64,000 bases of DNA, from positions 17,273-81,272 of the IMG/VR virus record IMGVR_UViG_3300049893_002799; one strand, 5' to 3'. The position numbers were made by a program, and so were the translations under genes. The DNA is from a virus. Below the pieces are notes generated by a model. The model searched no databases and had not been told where the DNA came from. It saw nothing but the letters and a program-made list of their open reading frames with translations. Of the stretch, positions 56,153-63,763 are shown piece by piece. Each line of letters starts with the position of its first letter. The first letter of the stretch is position 1.

Positions 56153-57712
56153 CTATCCTTTTTGCTTAACAACCTTGGCTCGCATGTCTTTTAAAAAGTT
56201 TTCGCGCTCCATTGCTGTCCACTCTGCACCAAAGGATATTTTGATGTGGCCGTCAGGGGAAATGTTTACTTCAGGTCGCGGCAGGTAGGAATAAAATTCC
56301 TCGTGAACTTTCTTATCATTCTTAGGTGAACCAGAATAAGCGTTTACAGAAACCGGCTGTCGCCCCATCTCGTCGATCTTCGTCTGAAGCTCTTTTAGCT
56401 TAGATTCTAATAGATCAACAGCATCACCAGCTTCCTGGCTAAGTTCATTATGCTTATCCACGATATCCATTACCGTGTCTTCTAGTTTATCGAACAGTTT
56501 CATCATCTTCTGTTCAACTTGCTGAAGATCTACCGCCATACCGTTGCGCATCTCTTCACGAATATTCTCCATCTCGGAGTATATACTAGAGATATTATGT
56601 TTTCTATAATTATCTACAAGTGAATTGAGTCCGCCGTTAATGGCGTCATCTGACAAGGAGGATTCGTCGAGTACCTCAAGCTCCTTCTCATCTTCAGGAG
56701 AATACCACTCGAATAAGCTCATCAGCTCCACCGCTACAGATGGTAGAGACTTGTTCGTGAATTGATGAACTTGTTTATGACCATCATCTACTCTGCCAGA
56801 GTACACGTCATTTGTATGCTTGCGAATATGTAGAGTGTAGTGGTCGATCTTGATATCTTTAAAATCTTCATCGCCCATGTCTTTAACAGCGTTCCGTAGC
56901 ATCCTGAAAGTGCCGTTTCCGACCATCTTCAAGGCATCACCGTGGGTAACTTCATAAACAGTGTTTGCCGGAGCGTTTCCAGAACGGATGATATTTTTCT
57001 GCAGCGACTCTACCGCCACCATCATCTGTAGTTCGCTGAATTTTGTCAGCTTCTCTTTAAATAGGGCTTGTATTGCATCACAAGTATAGTCTGTCAATTG
57101 ATCCCATGGTATGTCACTGATGTAGTGCCACTTGAGATTAGACATCTCGCTATTATTCTTAATCTTTCCTTTGAAAGACTTTACAAAGAATGTTTTGCTA
57201 TCATAGCCGCGATATGTTCGATGAAGCAGAGGGCGTGGGTCTCTGCCAACGATTCCGGCTTCTTCACGAAGTTCGCGAAGAGCACCTTCTTCAAATGACT
57301 CGCCATCTTCTACATGTCCACCAGGAGTTGCCCACAAACCATTATCTGTGCGTCGACCCAACAAGATCCTACCGTCACCGTCAACAACTAAGACTCCAGC
57401 TGCTTTACGCTGGTTTGATATTAGGAAATTCTCTAAGGCTTTATTCATCTTCTCGCGATCTTTAGCCTTCTTCTTCTTTCGCTCAGTTCGCTTCTCATCA
57501 ACGCGCTTCTTGTCGGCTTCATGGTGCTTCTCATCCCAGCGACCACCCTCGTGCGCCTTTCCTTTACTATCTGGTAGGTTGCCTGGTTTGGAGCCCGCAT
57601 ATTTTCCAGCAACAGACTTCGGAACTCGATCTCCTCGAGAAGAAGTACCCTCTTTGCCATGCAGGATGGCCATCATATAGCGGTACTGTCGTTTTGAAAC
57701 TGCAGCTGGCAT
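56153..57712 (-). CDS. Nudix hydrolase fusion protein in the head-neck module
   Basis: Nudix box GGHVEDGESFEEGALRELREEAG; basic N-terminus; coiled-coil C-terminus; ends in TAG. Confidence 0.85.
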   Translation of the reverse strand: MPAAVSKRQYRYMMAILHGKEGTSSRGDRVPKSVAGKYAGSKPGNLPDSKGKAHEGGRWDEKHHEADKKRVDEKRTERKKKKAKDREKMNKALENFLISNQRKAAGVLVVDGDGRILLGRRTDNGLWATPGGHVEDGESFEEGALRELREEAGIVGRDPRPLLHRTYRGYDSKTFFVKSFKGKIKNNSEMSNLKWHYISDIPWDQLTDYTCDAIQALFKEKLTKFSELQMMVAVESLQKNIIRSGNAPANTVYEVTHGDALKMVGNGTFRMLRNAVKDMGDEDFKDIKIDHYTLHIRKHTNDVYSGRVDDGHKQVHQFTNKSLPSVAVELMSLFEWYSPEDEKELEVLDESSLSDDAINGGLNSLVDNYRKHNISSIYSEMENIREEMRNGMAVDLQQVEQKMMKLFDKLEDTVMDIVDKHNELSQEAGDAVDLLESKLKELQTKIDEMGRQPVSVNAYSGSPKNDKKVHEEFYSYLPRPEVNISPDGHIKISFGAEWTAMERENFLKDMRAKVVKQKG

Positions 57713-57764
57713 TATTTAGTTCTCCGACTTCTAAGTCAACTTTACATAGATATTATAACTTAAC

Positions 57765-58646
57765 TCATAGCCCACGCGGCTCTTCTGTCCTGGGGCGATT
57801 TCTCAAAAAGTCTCTACGAACCATTACTTGCTGTGGTAAGCGCTTAGAGACCTTCTGTCCTTGAAGATTAAGTTCCTGTGTTATTCTAAGTTCTCTCATG
57901 TGCTGTAAGACGTTATACACAGGATTGGCGTAATACTGGATAACGTAAACATCACCTTTATTTTCACTAGCATTATAACTAGGTGTATTTCCTGGAATCC
58001 ATGAAATATTACCATCCACTATATTAAAGTGGACACCTTTCTGGTACACAACCAGAGCATCATCCACGGCAGATGCAACATACTCAACATCCAGCAGCGG
58101 ATATCTAAACTGCTGTTGATTATTGGCTGTTGGCTTATACTCTTTAAGTTCCCACATACGAACTTGAAAATCAGGTATTACCAGTTGATCATAGGTATTA
58201 AATTCAGCAGGTGTTCCGTCGGGATACTCTGTTGGAAGCGTTACTACAGCCGACCCTATCTCCCATATCCCCTGGTATTCAAAATTCTTTTCCAGCGAGT
58301 TGCTGTAGAACACACCCCATATCTCTTTACTCGAGTAGAAGAGAAGACCGTCTTCGCACAGCGGGCAGTTTGGATTATGGTTGTTATCATAGACTGTTTC
58401 AATGTTTGGGCATGGAGTGGACTTCTTGTGTAGAAAGCGAATTCCCCTATTTTGAAGGAGCTGGTCGAACGACACGCCTTTAATACTGGGGTCGGGAATA
58501 AATAAAGGAAGAGGTGATGGAGAAGATGTTGGCGATACCGGGTATGACGATCCGCTGCCAGATGCTCCGCCTCCTCCAAATCCAGATCCTGTTGGAGTTG
58601 GGCCGCTGAACGGCAAACCATTGGAATTATTATTATGGTTGGACAT
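57765..58646 (-). CDS. neck/head-closure protein with Cys cluster
   Basis: FDQLLQNRG...PCPN...CPLC.DG, Y..NPVYNV...RE.R, LPQQVMVRRD. Confidence 0.65.
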   Translation of the reverse strand: MSNHNNNSNGLPFSGPTPTGSGFGGGGASGSGSSYPVSPTSSPSPLPLFIPDPSIKGVSFDQLLQNRGIRFLHKKSTPCPNIETVYDNNHNPNCPLCEDGLLFYSSKEIWGVFYSNSLEKNFEYQGIWEIGSAVVTLPTEYPDGTPAEFNTYDQLVIPDFQVRMWELKEYKPTANNQQQFRYPLLDVEYVASAVDDALVVYQKGVHFNIVDGNISWIPGNTPSYNASENKGDVYVIQYYANPVYNVLQHMRELRITQELNLQGQKVSKRLPQQVMVRRDFLRNRPRTEEPRGL

Positions 58647-58745
58647 CTTGTTCCTATCGTAGCTCGTTACACCTATATATTGTATCCCATTGTAGAATAA
58701 AAATAACTCGTGTCCGATTCGATATATATCACAGGGATGGTGTAT

Positions 58746-59006
58746 ATGCCCATATTATACGACGGAGAATCGCCTTTGGATGAGAAACAGATGAGGATTT
58801 TAGATAAGATAGTGGAATTAGAGGGAAAGTGCCTAGACAGTAAACTCTGCACTCTGTGTCCCTTTAAGGAAATCTGTCTGCCACTGTTTGTTTTCAGCGA
58901 AACAAGGCTCACTAGACAAGAGCGCCTGGCAATGGCACTCGACACCATGGCTAGAGTGCAGCTCATGGGCGACACGGAGCTTGTAAGTGGAATACACCGA
59001 CTCTAG
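58746..59006 (+). CDS. small Cys-rich (possible Zn-binding) protein
   Basis: CLDSKLCTLCPFKEICL; CCGATTCGA motif upstream. Confidence 0.6.
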   Translation: MPILYDGESPLDEKQMRILDKIVELEGKCLDSKLCTLCPFKEICLPLFVFSETRLTRQERLAMALDTMARVQLMGDTELVSGIHRL

Positions 59007-59134
59007 TTGCTGCAAATGATAGATAGTGGATACTAAGTAGATGAAGTTACGAAACATGATATCTCTGCTGGAAAAACTCTCTGTGTACACCAAGAGATTT
59101 CCGAGAAGCACAATACATATCCTGGAGTGGCACC

Positions 59135-59359
59135 ATGAATTCGGCGAAAGCGAACAAGAAGCGAAGAAGAAGGAAGAAGCTGCAGCAAGCGCGTCGAGTA
59201 AAGGGCATAGTGAAAACTGATACGGACCGCCATGTACGCGACAACCTTGCTTATGTGGTGTGCAAGCTACTAGGTATCACTGACTCCAAGCCCTATTCCT
59301 ACAGTGTGCGGTACGAGTATGACCCCAATGCCCTTTGTTCACATCAGAGGCCCGCATGA
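59135..59359 (+). CDS. microprotein, LLxxLGV-like family
   Basis: GGAG SD; YVVCKLLGI; ATGA-coupled to the next gene. Confidence 0.55.
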   Translation: MNSAKANKKRRRRKKLQQARRVKGIVKTDTDRHVRDNLAYVVCKLLGITDSKPYSYSVRYEYDPNALCSHQRPA

Positions 59360-59520
59360 GAAATCCCCACTACTTTGCTGCAGCATTGTCTGATTTTCTC
59401 GATGTTGTGTGCAATCTATTAGATATAGACCCAATTGACGACTATGTGATTCTCAATCTAACGATAAAGCATGCGGTCAAAAAGGGGCCCCCTGATGCCC
59501 TAACTAGCGATAACTTATGA
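59356..59520 (+). CDS. microprotein, LLxxLGV-like family
   Basis: ATGA overlaps at both ends; DVVCNLLDI. Confidence 0.55.
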   Translation: MRNPHYFAAALSDFLDVVCNLLDIDPIDDYVILNLTIKHAVKKGPPDALTSDNL

Positions 59521-59663
59521 CGACTTTCAGAACTCTACCAGTGGGTGACCGAAGACGTCTCCGCGACATGGCATTTCTGCTGTATAGACTCGGCGTAATT
59601 GTTGGTGATGATGGCATCATTAACGTTTTTTCAGAAATCTACCGTATGACAGTGGAGCAGTAG
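59517..59663 (+). CDS. microprotein (48 aa, absent from ORF track), LLYRLGV family
   Basis: MTTFRTLPVGDRRRLRDMAFLLYRLGVIVGDDGIINVFSEIYRMTVEQ-TAG; ATGA coupling. Confidence 0.6.
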   Translation: MTTFRTLPVGDRRRLRDMAFLLYRLGVIVGDDGIINVFSEIYRMTVEQ

Positions 59664-59882
59664 GTGATCATCGACAAAGAGTTTGTTGCGGCCTCGCAGC
59701 ACGTCATGAGCGACATGGCTAATATCCTGTACCTAATCCACAAGCTAGGGGTGTACAACACCGTGCACGAGGTGTCCGGCAAATCCGCCTTCATAAAATA
59801 CTATGGCTTAGATCCCATTATTAGACAGGGTTTAACTGCCGCCATCGACGAGTACGTTATGTTTGTTCACTCGTCTCGCTGA
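59664..59882 (+). CDS. microprotein, LLxxLGV-like family
   Basis: GGAG SD with GTG start; ILYLIHKLGV. Confidence 0.6.
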   Translation: MIIDKEFVAASQHVMSDMANILYLIHKLGVYNTVHEVSGKSAFIKYYGLDPIIRQGLTAAIDEYVMFVHSSR

Positions 59883-60040
59883 TTCGTGTCCACATCCACT
59901 TCGCTAGCGTAACACTTGTACAGACCTATGAAGCCGTAGAGCGAGACAGTGGCACCCTTCCGCGGTGATACCCCCAACCTATACAGCAGGTCCACCACAT
60001 CTTCCACATCTATGTAGGGGCTCTTCTTTTGCTCGTTCAT
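59867..60040 (-). CDS. microprotein (57 aa, absent from ORF track), LLYRLGV family
   Basis: MNEQKKSPYIDVEDVVDLLYRLGVSPRKG...; ATGA coupling. Confidence 0.6.
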   Translation of the reverse strand: MNEQKKSPYIDVEDVVDLLYRLGVSPRKGATVSLYGFIGLYKCYASEVDVDTNQRDE

Positions 60041-60219
60041 ATCGGCACTATCTTGCGCGTGGCCTCGTCGCGCACCTGGGTGCCGATGACATCGAGCTGG
60101 CAGAGGAGCCTTATTAGTAAAGTGAGGCCAACGCGACCTTTAAGCTCGTGGAAGGCCCCGCTGATCATTGTAGTGCCGCTGGTGGTCGTTGGCGGATGAA
60201 GTGGCCAGGTGCGGTTCAT
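60037..60219 (-). CDS. microprotein, LLxxLDV family
   Basis: ATG 60219 overlaps the upstream TGA; LIRLLCQLDVI. Confidence 0.55.
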   Translation of the reverse strand: MNRTWPLHPPTTTSGTTMISGAFHELKGRVGLTLLIRLLCQLDVIGTQVRDEATRKIVPI

Positions 60220-60443
60220 GTTATGCTCGTGGGCTTGGGGTTGATGGGGACGTCTAGGCGATAGAGGAGGCGAATCATGTTTATCATGGGGACGGCGGCG
60301 TTTTCGTACTTCTGATAGAGCACGTAGTCGCATGTGTTAAGGAAGCGTGCTATGGTGGGGTCGCTGGACATCATGTAGTTGTATGAGCCGTAGTGTGGCA
60401 GCGAGAAGGTTTGTCCGTTGAAGGTGACCGTGTAATCTGACAT
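60216..60443 (-). CDS. microprotein, LLYRLDV family
   Basis: MIRLLYRLDVP; TATAAT at 60485-60490 upstream. Confidence 0.6.
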   Translation of the reverse strand: MSDYTVTFNGQTFSLPHYGSYNYMMSSDPTIARFLNTCDYVLYQKYENAAVPMINMIRLLYRLDVPINPKPTSIT

Positions 60444-60620
60444 CGTGTTAGCTCTATATGTATATGGGGTAGCTTCATATGTTTATTATACATAGGGGTT
60501 CCCTGTGAGGCTCCCTGGGTATAGGGACCCTAGATTGGTTTTAAGGCTACCGGGTGGGGTGGGCCGGGGGCCTTCTATAGAAAATGTTGCACCCAGAGAG
60601 AATGCGCGCCGCCGGAGCCC

Positions 60621-60874
60621 AACCGGATCGAGGGGTTCCCTTGACCGTTCAAGGTAGTGGGTAGTAAGGGCCCACCGAATCGAGGGAGAAAGTTGGTGAT
60701 AGATAGAGAGTGTATGTGTAAAAACCGACTCGATAGTTGATTGTTAATGAGAATGAGTGAGTGAGTGTTAACAACCGATGCGAGGTGATTATGTTAGAAG
60801 TTGTGATGATATGTGTGATCTGTTTGATTGCAGTGTTTGCTTGTTTAGGTCTTGCTTATACTTAACCGATGCGA
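60621..60874 (+). repeat. cluster of five AACCGAnnCGA-type motifs, first four ~50 bp apart
   Basis: Copies start at 60621, 60673, 60723, 60773 and 60864. Confidence 0.75.
60791..60865 (+). CDS. 24-aa single-TM microprotein
   Basis: GAGGTG SD; MLEVVMICVICLIAVFACLGLAYT. Confidence 0.5.
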   Translation: MLEVVMICVICLIAVFACLGLAYT

Positions 60875-60905
60875 TCTTAATACAACAACGTTTTAGGAGG
60901 AACTT

Positions 60906-61379
60906 ATGAAACAGAACGACGCAGTGTTTGGTGCAGTGTGTGCAGTGTTAGGTAATGACAAGTTCGAGCAAGCGGTTGAACTCACGAAAGAGCAGCGCGA
61001 CACAGTTGTGAGCATCGTGGTCGACGGCATCGTGAACGGAACGGTTGACTTCTCAGCCGAAGCGAAAGCTAAGTACGACACTCCTGCTAAGGTGAAGAGC
61101 TACACTACCGGAATGGTGAGCAACCACCTGCGCAAGGACAAGAGGCTGAACGGTGGCATCAAGTACGAGATACAGAAACCCGGATCGAGAGCTGGCCAAG
61201 GTGATGATCAGCTGAAAGCTATGCGAGCCTTGCGGTCCAAGCTCTCCGACCCTGAACAGATCGCTCTCGTCGACGCTGAGATCGCGGCACGAACCGAGGC
61301 GATACGAGCTGCGAAGGTTAAGGCTGTCGAGATCAACATCTCCTCGATACCTGAACACCTCCGCCACCTGGTTAAGTAG
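60906..61379 (+). CDS. hypothetical early protein, paralog A
   Basis: AGGAGG SD; LRKDKRLNGG, PGSRAGQGD, PEHLRHLVK shared with 62675-63172. Confidence 0.85.
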   Translation: MKQNDAVFGAVCAVLGNDKFEQAVELTKEQRDTVVSIVVDGIVNGTVDFSAEAKAKYDTPAKVKSYTTGMVSNHLRKDKRLNGGIKYEIQKPGSRAGQGDDQLKAMRALRSKLSDPEQIALVDAEIAARTEAIRAAKVKAVEINISSIPEHLRHLVK

Positions 61380-61433
61380 GACGAAACGGGACATGAAGTC
61401 CCGTCCGACCGTGATGCGGTCGCTGATGAGTCC
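61379..61433 (+). ncRNA. hammerhead ribozyme, type II
   Basis: GGAC GAAA CGGGAC ATGAA GTCCCG TC^ CGACCG TGATG CGGTCG CTGATGA GTCC: complete core (CUGAUGA, GAAA, GUC) with three fully paired stems; predicted cleavage after C61405. Confidence 0.9.
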
Positions 61434-61449
61434 AACAACGGAGGAACTT

Positions 61450-61686
61450 ATGAAGAGCATTAAGTTATTAGCTTTGTTACTCGCCGTATCGACCATGAGC
61501 ACAGCATGTACCTTCGAGAACGAGCACGGTAAGTGTATCGGGGTCATCGATGCGCAGCCAGAACCTGGGGTTCAGTATGAATACGACATGTCTAACTTAA
61601 TAGTATCCGCCATCTTCTTCGAGATGATATTTCCTCCCATCGTATGGGGACTAGCCGCAGCGAAGTGCCCTGTATCTAAGAAGTGA
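61450..61686 (+). CDS. small lipoprotein with C-terminal hydrophobic segment
   Basis: GGAGG SD; signal MKSIKLLALLLAVSTMSTA-C; hydrophobic LIVSAIFFEMIFPPIVWGL. Confidence 0.7.
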   Translation: MKSIKLLALLLAVSTMSTACTFENEHGKCIGVIDAQPEPGVQYEYDMSNLIVSAIFFEMIFPPIVWGLAAAKCPVSKK

Positions 61687-61793
61687 GAGACAAGCAAGTA
61701 GGCCGCAAGGCCTACTGACACTGCTACGCCTAGGGAGAGTATGGGCTGTGAACCGATCCGAGTGATAGTTGTTAATAACAAGGAGGAAACAGC

Positions 61794-62030
61794 ATGCCAG
61801 CAGATATACTTCATGTAAGCCTTGACTCCTATGTCATCACCAAGGCATTCGAGCTAGCCGAAGAGAAAGCCCGAGCGATATGCAGTGAGTGCGATGCTTC
61901 CGACTTCTACCTAGAAGTATCGCTCGTCACAGCTGAGCTACAGACCAAGAGCTTTGGCGAACTGAGGCGATGGATATTCACCTTCACCTACTCAACCGAA
62001 GGGACTTACGATAAGGAGGCAGACGTATGA
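61794..62030 (+). CDS. hypothetical protein
   Basis: AAGGAGG SD; AACCGATCCGA upstream. Confidence 0.7.
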   Translation: MPADILHVSLDSYVITKAFELAEEKARAICSECDASDFYLEVSLVTAELQTKSFGELRRWIFTFTYSTEGTYDKEADV

Positions 62031-62179
62031 AGATCGCATGTACTAAAGTAGTATTGATCGAGTATGTTTTGGACCTGAGTCGATATAACCTAGTCGAGCT
62101 GAAGCAGCTGTGGAAAGATGGTGTTATCACTAAGCAAGAGATGAACGATGAGCTTGACAGTCGTGAGCTCGCAAGCTGA
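62027..62179 (+). CDS. 50-aa protein with SHOCT-like motif
   Basis: AAGGAGG SD, ATGA overlap; LVELKQLWKDGVITKQE. Confidence 0.6.
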   Translation: MKIACTKVVLIEYVLDLSRYNLVELKQLWKDGVITKQEMNDELDSRELAS

Positions 62180-62190
62180 GAACCGATACG

Positions 62191-62238
62191 ATATAACGTA
62201 TACGTATCCGACTCCAGTTTTATACGTATACGTTATAT
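62191..62238. repeat. 17-bp perfect inverted repeat
   Basis: ATATAACGTATACGTAT (62191-62207) / ATACGTATACGTTATAT (62222-62238). Confidence 0.85.
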
Positions 62239-62278
62239 TATATAAAAATTGACTTACACATTATAAGGAGGATAGAGT

Positions 62279-62452
62279 ATGGATATGTTTACCGCATCAG
62301 CCAACACGATGTCCCTAGTAGGCACCGCACTCTTCTGCACCATGGTATTATCTCTAGCCTTGATGGCGTATGCTCGCTACAAGAGAGATCAGGAAGAACT
62401 TTACCTACTGCAGGATACCGAGGAGAGTGAGGCAACATGGCGAAGCGAATAG
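62279..62452 (+). CDS. 57-aa membrane microprotein
   Basis: AAGGAGG SD; TM segment LVGTALFCTMVLSLALMAY; acidic tail. Confidence 0.6.
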   Translation: MDMFTASANTMSLVGTALFCTMVLSLALMAYARYKRDQEELYLLQDTEESEATWRSE

Positions 62453-62526
62453 CAATCTTGCTCATCGATCTCTCGTTCCTCATCCTCTGCTTAGTAGTGA
62501 TGTACAAGATCCTGACCAACCCGTAA
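62437..62526 (+). CDS. 29-aa membrane microprotein
   Basis: GAGG SD; MAKRIAILLIDLSFLILCLVVMYKILTNP. Confidence 0.5.
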   Translation: MAKRIAILLIDLSFLILCLVVMYKILTNP

Positions 62527-62674
62527 GTGCTTGGGCCACCTGGCCCAACTGACACTGCTACGCCGGACCGAGTGGCTGCGCATGTGAACCGATCCGAGTT
62601 ATATATATGAATGATGATGAAGTGGTAAGTTGAAACCGACCCGAGTTTATAACAACAACGTTTTAGGAGGATTT

Positions 62675-63172
62675 ATGAGCAAGATCAGTCAGAAAGAGTG
62701 CGTGTTCGCAGCTGTTACCGCTCTACTTGAAGAGCAAGGTCGCAAGCATGAGCTCGACAGCAAGCAGCCCATCACCCTGAGCAAGACCGACCGAGCTACA
62801 GTCGTGAGCATGGTTGTTGCTGCCCGAAGCGAGATGCAGCTGAGTGCTGAAGCTGATGCTAAGTTTGATACCGAGCCCAAGTTCAAGGACTATGTAGTCG
62901 GACTTGTGAACAACTGGCTCCGCAAGGATACTCGGCTCAACGGTGGGTCTAAGTACATCACCAAGAACCCTGGTAGCCGAGCTGGCCAAGGCGACGACAT
63001 CATGAAGTCGCTGAAAGCACTGCGAACCACTGTCGCTGACAAGCCTGAGCAAGCTGCACTGGTCGATGCCGAGATCGAGAAGCGAGCTGCTGAGATCCAA
63101 GCTACTAAGGTTAAGCCGACAACCATCAACATCGATGCTCTGCCCGAGCATCTCCGCCACCTAGTCAAGTAA
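62675..63172 (+). CDS. hypothetical early protein, paralog B
   Basis: Shares a 20-nt leader and protein motifs with 60906-61379. Confidence 0.85.
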   Translation: MSKISQKECVFAAVTALLEEQGRKHELDSKQPITLSKTDRATVVSMVVAARSEMQLSAEADAKFDTEPKFKDYVVGLVNNWLRKDTRLNGGSKYITKNPGSRAGQGDDIMKSLKALRTTVADKPEQAALVDAEIEKRAAEIQATKVKPTTINIDALPEHLRHLVK

Positions 63173-63183
63173 ACCTACCTAAC

Positions 63184-63203
63184 GGAGAAGCGAAAGCTTC
63201 TCC
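63184..63203 (+). other. GNRA tetraloop hairpin after paralog B
   Basis: GGAGAAGC GAAA GCTTCTCC; no U-tract. Confidence 0.6.
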
Positions 63204-63382
63204 TCCACACCCCTTGATATCACTGACAAATCCAAACTTCCACTGTTCTTACCTAGAACTGTGTAAGCGCATAAAATCACAGAGTTTTAATTCGGTTTCT
63301 AGCAAAACGCTCGGCTGGGGCTCTAACCGGCCTACGCAGCTGACACTGCTACGCCGGTATGAGAGAAAGAGTGTGTACACGC

Positions 63383-63763
63383 TTAGCGAAGTTTTTTACT
63401 CGTGGATACTACACCCTCAGGGTGCTTCTCTGCCGTAGCATTGACGTGGCCTGGGTCTCCACCGTACGTGTGTCTCATCCCGTCATCTGATTGGTAGTCT
63501 TCGTGCGTGTGGCCTTTTGGCAGGTACGACGAAACTAGGCTGTGAGCATCGTTAACAGCTTCTTTGTGCTTGTCTGGATGATACTCATAATCCCAGTGCG
63601 GTGTTCCCGCCGAGGTAACACCGTATCCGCCTTCTTTTATTCCAGCATCTCTTAACTTTGTGTTGGCCCACTTCACTGCGCTTCTCACGTTGGTAGATGT
63701 CTTAAGCATCGGTTCTTGAACTAAGGACCACTGTCCGTGACTATTTTTAATCAGTTTTTCCAT
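63383..63763 (-). CDS. hypothetical protein (possible internal virion protein)
   Basis: Start reassigned to MEKLIKNSHGQWSL with GAGGTG SD and TGGTATCAT extended -10 at 63789-63797. Confidence 0.65.
   Translation of the reverse strand: MEKLIKNSHGQWSLVQEPMLKTSTNVRSAVKWANTKLRDAGIKEGGYGVTSAGTPHWDYEYHPDKHKEAVNDAHSLVSSYLPKGHTHEDYQSDDGMRHTYGGDPGHVNATAEKHPEGVVSTSKKLR

Noticed and set aside
8733-58483. Numerous + strand ORFs of 60-157 aa inside the structural cluster
   Set aside because: Antisense shadows of long minus-strand genes, with no recognisable motifs.
62549-62580. Twister ribozyme (CTGACACTGC...GCCGG resembles a twister 5' segment)
   Set aside because: Lacks the UAA cleavage context, the P4 partner strand and the pseudoknot complements.
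60723-62644. AACCGA motif as a sigma28 (GCCGATAA) promoter
   Set aside because: No TAAA -35 at the expected spacing in the copies inspected, and the invariant second CGA is not part of that consensus; not fully excluded.
63214-63438. 74-aa + strand ORF
   Set aside because: TTG start without SD; runs across a repeat element and overlaps the convergent gene.
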